DNA of 60,295 nucleotides from assembly GCA_026389535.1 (NCBI GenBank), contig JAPLHR010000020.1, positions 1-60,295 of the forward strand, read 5' to 3'. The position numbers and the translations under genes were made by a program. Within the stretch, counting starts at the first letter, position 1. Each line of letters starts with the position of its first letter. Origin of the DNA: Chloroflexota bacterium (GTDB taxonomy: Bacteria > Chloroflexota > Limnocylindria > Limnocylindrales > Limnocylindraceae). Of the stretch, positions 56,445 through 60,295 are shown piece after piece. The notes below the pieces were generated by a model. It saw only the letters and a list, made by a program, of their open reading frames with translations. It was not told the origin of the DNA and did no database searches.

Positions 56445-57956
56445 CTAGGGTACTTTCACCGTTGGCTTGCTAAACCAGAGCAGAGACGAGGTAGGGATTG
56501 CGGCCGTAACCCGTACCCGAAGATAGGAGCCTCGATCGGCTACCTTAAGTGTGTAGAGTGATTTCGTTGCCCCGGTGATGATCGTGCACCTTGCTGGGAT
56601 TGTCGTAGATGCACTCTGCGTTGCGGTGCTACATCGGAACCACTGATACGAATACTTTGGTGTTGGCCCGTATGACCATGCGCCACTCGTCGCGGAGAGC
56701 ACCTGTCCAACCGCTGTAGTTCCTGAAATCGTTGGAGCCGTCACCCGCGTTAGCTGCGTGAGCCAGAGATTCACCTTGCCGGGTCGCGCCAGAATGAAGT
56801 CGCTTGCCGCAACCTGCGCAGTCTTCGAAGCAGACGGGGAAGTTTCGTCTTTGGTATCACTCGCAATCTTGGGGGCGAGGGCGGTGTGAAGCGTAGCCGC
56901 CGTTGAGGCGAGGCCCAGTCTGCTCGCGCTATCTCGGACATCCCGAAGTGCCTGTACATATAGGGCTCGGCATGTACTTACTGCGAGGCACTGTGTGAAG
57001 AGCAGACCGCCGATCGGTTGTCCGAAACTGTAGGGTGGCCGCTTCTCCACGCCACCCCCAAAAATTTGATCGACCCCCCACGGCAATATCTGAAATCGTC
57101 CGTTGCTATCGCTGTGCAGGTAGTAGTTGCTGATTGACGCCCCTGTATAGCCATCCCAGTTGCCAATGTATCGATCGACTGCCCAATATCGTGTCATCTG
57201 CTGCAGATCCGCTACCGCGGTCACGCGCGCAAACCAGCTCGACACAGGCGCTTGTGATGCGGCGATCAACTCTTGAAGATCCGCACGATTGATGGCTGAG
57301 CCCACATCAACCTGGTAGTGCGCATCGTTCGCGTTCAACGGATTCCCCTCCGACCCAAGTCTCCCTTCGTAGAGGTGGGTTGTGCCGCCACCGCTGCTCC
57401 GCTTCTCTAGGGCAATCTTGTCGATCGACTCAACATTGAGATAGAGGCCATACGGCGCCCCGTTGATCCAGACCTCGGCATAGCCAGTTCGCGGCGCTGC
57501 GATGCCCATCTCTCGGAAAAGGGTGTATCCAATCGCCTCATTGACCTTTGAGGGATCCTGGATCATGTTATTGAGCGTCATTCGCTTGATCCCAAATGCC
57601 CGCTGCAGCTCGTTCGGAAACTCCAAGCGGAGTGCGGCCTTCTGGGGGAGCGATCTGTACGAGCCAACACCCTTCAGTCGCATTTTGACGTCCCACGCCC
57701 CGAACCCAGAGGTGCCGCCGTGCACCGTACTGCCCATCGTCAATTTGAACGTAGCGTCGACGTAGCCCTCAACGCCAATGGTGCTCAAGTCTGCGCCTGT
57801 ATTGAGATCGATCCGTACGATTCGCGAGGTTTGATACAGGGTCGCGGCGGGATCGCCCGTGGCTGGCGTAAGTGCCACCGCTGAGCCTGGGGCGAGCGAG
57901 CCGAGGAGCAGTGCGAGTAGGGCGAGTGTGCTGATGCGCCCGATGCAGTTCGTCAT
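56445..57956 (-). CDS. Secreted CotH-family kinase-fold protein with a C-terminal Ig-like repeat
   Basis: The signal peptide is MTNCIGRISTLALLALLLGSLAPGSAVA. CotH blocks are KRMTLNNMIQDPSKVNEAIGYTLFREMGIAAPRTGYAEVWINGAPYGLYLNVESID, RYIGNWDGY and ILPWGVDQIFGG. The C-terminal motif is YSYQWFRC...ITGATKSLYTLKVADRGSYLRVRVTA. Confidence 0.8.
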   Translation of the reverse strand: MTNCIGRISTLALLALLLGSLAPGSAVALTPATGDPAATLYQTSRIVRIDLNTGADLSTIGVEGYVDATFKLTMGSTVHGGTSGFGAWDVKMRLKGVGSYRSLPQKAALRLEFPNELQRAFGIKRMTLNNMIQDPSKVNEAIGYTLFREMGIAAPRTGYAEVWINGAPYGLYLNVESIDKIALEKRSSGGGTTHLYEGRLGSEGNPLNANDAHYQVDVGSAINRADLQELIAASQAPVSSWFARVTAVADLQQMTRYWAVDRYIGNWDGYTGASISNYYLHSDSNGRFQILPWGVDQIFGGGVEKRPPYSFGQPIGGLLFTQCLAVSTCRALYVQALRDVRDSASRLGLASTAATLHTALAPKIASDTKDETSPSASKTAQVAASDFILARPGKVNLWLTQLTRVTAPTISGTTAVGQVLSATSGAWSYGPTPKYSYQWFRCSTATQSASTTIPARCTIITGATKSLYTLKVADRGSYLRVRVTAAIPTSSLLWFSKPTVKVP

Positions 57957-58735
57957 GCTGAGGTTGCGGTTCGCGCGACGCGGTCAATCCAGGGTGATTT
58001 CAGCGCTCGAGTCCAGCGATTCGACGGTAGTGTTGGGTCGATAGCGGCGAGGCTTGTGCCGAATTTGGAGAGCTTGATTGGACGGAAGCCTATCCTCCAA
58101 AGTGCACGATCGGCCACGGTAGGTGCCAACCGAGACTTTGATTCGATAATGGCGAACTCATTCAGGCTGACCTGCTCCCCCGCCGGCGTGGTTGCTGAGA
58201 AGTCGGTATCGATCGTCAGCCGTGAGTCACCGGGCAGCAGCAGCGTGGAACGCTGGTAAATCGTCGTGAGTGTTGGCGCTAGAACTGATTCTCTCCCTGC
58301 CCCAAGGACCTCTGCGATGAACTCTAGGGCGGAGTCGTTGAGCTGACCACTCGAGTCTGCTGGATATTCCAATCGGCTCTTCGTCGTTCGGCCACGGGAA
58401 CCGCGCAGCTTCACCTCGAGCATGCAATCTCCAGAATTGACATACGTTCGCGTACGAACCTTGAACGCGTGACGACGTCGTCGCGCGGACGCTAGATAGG
58501 ATTGCCCAGTAGGCGTATCGAAATAGACTGATTCGTACCTGAATGAGCGCTCGCCGTTAATCTGGAGCGCACGTGCGTCACCAGAGATCGCCGCCACAAG
58601 CGACGCTGCAACGTTTAGGGGAACTATGTATTTGCGCTCCCGTCTTGAGAGAAGCGCCGCATCGCTCTGGAGCCGGCTGAGTTGAACGGAGGGGAGTGCT
58701 GCGATCGCCGCATCAACCGCGGCCTGCTCGGTCAA
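57953..58735 (-). CDS. VTC-domain (polyphosphate polymerase-like, CYTH-related tunnel fold) protein
   Basis: RRERKYIVP, FRYESVYFDT, FKVRTRTY, MLEVKLRG and FAIIESK are alternating basic/acidic beta-strand motifs typical of VTC/TTM tunnels. It has ATGA-type overlaps with both neighbours. Confidence 0.72.
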   Translation of the reverse strand: MTEQAAVDAAIAALPSVQLSRLQSDAALLSRRERKYIVPLNVAASLVAAISGDARALQINGERSFRYESVYFDTPTGQSYLASARRRRHAFKVRTRTYVNSGDCMLEVKLRGSRGRTTKSRLEYPADSSGQLNDSALEFIAEVLGAGRESVLAPTLTTIYQRSTLLLPGDSRLTIDTDFSATTPAGEQVSLNEFAIIESKSRLAPTVADRALWRIGFRPIKLSKFGTSLAAIDPTLPSNRWTRALKSPWIDRVARTATSA

Positions 58736-59250
58736 GCGCCGTGCTCCCGCCCCGTGCTGGATCGTTGTTCGTAGCGAACCTCCACCATCGTCGAATCCTC
58801 AATAAGGTCAGTGCGCCGTACGCGAATTTGATGCACGGTTGCTCCGAGTAGCTCCTCAAGGCGAGTTCGAAGCAACGGCTCACTGGTGATTGCCTCATCA
58901 AGCGTAATGATCTGCACGCGATATCGTCCAAACAAACGAGGGTGGTCCCCGATCGTCAGGGCGACCAGAACCAGCCCCATGAGCACGGCACTGATCCAGA
59001 TTGGGGTGATTGGAAGAGCTCCGATTAGGCCCAGCGTCATGGCAGCAAGGTAGTAGGCAATCTCTTGCTGATCGAGCTCGGCCGAGCGCAGTCGTAACAG
59101 CGAGAGGACAGCAAAGAGGCCAAAGCCAATGCTGATCGTCGTCTCCTCTGCGACAAGGGCACTCGTCACCGCGATGAGGCCCATGTTGATCATGAGGTAG
59201 GCGACAACAAGATCGCGGCGGCGATGGCGCGGGAAATACAAAACAAACAC
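58732..59250 (-). CDS. DUF4956-like four-helix membrane protein
   Basis: LYFPRHRRRDLVVAYLMIN, GFGLFAVLSLLRLRSAELDQQEIAYYL, two more TM helices and a soluble C-terminal tail are present. It starts at a GTG. The N-terminus may be short relative to the family. Confidence 0.6.
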   Translation of the reverse strand: MFVLYFPRHRRRDLVVAYLMINMGLIAVTSALVAEETTISIGFGLFAVLSLLRLRSAELDQQEIAYYLAAMTLGLIGALPITPIWISAVLMGLVLVALTIGDHPRLFGRYRVQIITLDEAITSEPLLRTRLEELLGATVHQIRVRRTDLIEDSTMVEVRYEQRSSTGREHGA

Positions 59251-59403
59251 AAGAATTGAGATGCGGTTAAAACATCAATTCGGGTAACGCTGATTTCTGC
59301 TGCAGTTGCATGCGCTCTGCTCTTTGGAGCACCCCCCGTTGCCGCATACACCCCCCCGTCAAACGATGATGCGGCTTGGCTCTACAAGCCATCAACAGTA
59401 GTC

Positions 59404-60295
59404 ATGGTCGACCTGCAGCTTCCCCAATCGTCCATTGATGCGCTCTGGGCAGATGCCCGAACCTATGTGCCTGGCACCTTCAGGCTCACGTCCGGAAGTA
59501 GGAGCTTCGGCCCATGGGCGGTTGAGGTGCGACTGAAGGGGCGCTGGGGATCTGGCTATGGCCTTGATGGCAAGGCAGCGTTCAAGATCAAATTTCCCAA
59601 CTCACGACAACGGGTCGGCGGAATGAAGAAGCTCACGCTCAACAACATGGTGCAAGACGGGTCATACATCACTGAGACAATCTCGTACGAACTCTTCCGG
59701 GGAATGGGCGTCCCTGCGCCGAGAACGGGGTATGCCGTTGTCACCCTGAATGGTCTGGACTACGGCTTGCACCTCAATGTTGAAACGCCAGACGACCGCA
59801 TGTTCAGCAGATGGTTCCCGAACGAAGAAACGAAACATCTCTACGAGGGTAGTTACGGCTGTTGCTACAACTGGCAAGATCCATACAGCGACGAGCACTT
59901 TGACGTTGACGAGGGCGACCGAGCAGATAGAAGTGATCTCGCTGCACTTCTCAACACGCTCAGTTTAGAAGGGCTCGCCTGGCGCCAAGCGGTGGAGAAG
60001 ATCGCAGACCTTCGCGCACTCACCGCGATGTGGGCTGTCGAGCTGTACGTTGGCCATTGGGATGGATATGCGTGGACGGTAAACAACTACTTCATTCACA
60101 ACACCAAACGCAATCGCATCACGATGCACCCATGGGGCTTAGACCAAACGCTAGGGGCGAGCGGGCCCCTCCCCTTTTCCGGGCCAGGCTGGGGGAATCT
60201 GCTTGACCGGTGCCTCACCGACGTGGTCTGCAGTGGCTACTTCTCAGAGGCCGTATTGGCGACGCGCGATAAAGCACGTGCGCTCGCCTTAGACG
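59404..60295 (+). CDS. Second CotH-family protein (partial, continues beyond the window)
   Basis: This gene is not in the supplied ORF track because there is no stop inside the window. My translation shows MKKLTLNNMVQDGSYITETISYELFRGMGVPAPRTGYAVVTLNGLDYGLHLNVETPDD, YVGHWDGYAW and MHPWGLDQTLG. The first in-frame ATG is at 59404. The frame is open from 59260 and encodes a signal-peptide-like segment upstream of that ATG. Confidence 0.75.
   Translation, partial: MVDLQLPQSSIDALWADARTYVPGTFRLTSGSRSFGPWAVEVRLKGRWGSGYGLDGKAAFKIKFPNSRQRVGGMKKLTLNNMVQDGSYITETISYELFRGMGVPAPRTGYAVVTLNGLDYGLHLNVETPDDRMFSRWFPNEETKHLYEGSYGCCYNWQDPYSDEHFDVDEGDRADRSDLAALLNTLSLEGLAWRQAVEKIADLRALTAMWAVELYVGHWDGYAWTVNNYFIHNTKRNRITMHPWGLDQTLGASGPLPFSGPGWGNLLDRCLTDVVCSGYFSEAVLATRDKARALALD

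Noticed and set aside
54340-56445. tRNA-Gln as the integration site of the lower-GC CotH/VTC island.
   Set aside because: The GMC oxidoreductase between the tRNA and the island has core-like high GC. I found no integrase, no direct repeat of the tRNA 3' end and no recombinase gene in the window. The far end of the island lies outside the window, so the question stays open but is unsupported here.
59261-59290. Programmed -1 frameshift or phase variation at the A4 run, joining ATG 59261 to the CotH frame.
   Set aside because: A four-base run is too short for efficient slipped-strand phase variation. The context does not form an X_XXY_YYZ slippery heptamer, no downstream structure is evident, and the site is only three codons into the ORF. 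An indel or assembly error, or gene decay, is more economical.

Overview
A gene-dense, high-GC chromosomal segment that looks Actinomycetota-like. The taxonomic call rests on F420 genes, an AceE-type E1, a sufB-sufD-Rieske arrangement and many apparently leaderless starts. I can support about 57 protein-coding genes (two of them partial at the window edges), one frameshifted pseudogene and one tRNA-Gln(CUG). I found no rRNA, CRISPR array, IS element or integrase. Genes are packed tightly, often with 1-4 nt start/stop overlaps (ATGA, GTGA, TTGA). The long antisense ORFs in the track are GC-driven shadow ORFs.

Main modules:
- 86-7031: iron permease, pyruvate dehydrogenase E1, nicotinamidase and purine nucleoside phosphorylase.
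- 5392-10864: an F420 block with a luciferase-like oxidoreductase, a PPOX-family enzyme, fgd, cofD and a fused cofC-cofE.
- 10904-13401: trxB followed by a sensorless histidine kinase and a response regulator.
- 14619-24524: a phosphate/polyphosphate super-locus. It holds DUF971-ppk1-CYTH, ppx, phoU-sixA, a decayed glycerophosphodiester phosphodiesterase, and a PhoR-like kinase and PhoP-like regulator split by proS.
- 24532-32283: gltX, a DtxR-family regulator, a J-domain protein, a beta-alanine-type transaminase with mmsA, and mdh.
- 32324-37389: lgt, a ferritin-like VIT1 protein, a Rieske protein, sufD and sufB.
- 37465-47140: an RND pump, osmC and an aminotransferase/CoA-transferase/aldehyde dehydrogenase catabolic cluster.
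- 47192-50294: a Fur-family regulator divergent from a cbiMQO/nik-type ECF metal importer.
- 50291-56408: rarA, a DEAD-box helicase, arsC, a hydrolase, the tRNA and a GMC oxidoreductase.
- 56445-60295: a visibly lower-GC island with a translationally coupled DUF4956 - VTC(polyphosphate-polymerase-like) - secreted CotH kinase operon and a second, divergent CotH gene.

The last island is my best candidate for an uncharacterised system. All calls rest on reading the translations and motifs by eye. No database search was possible.
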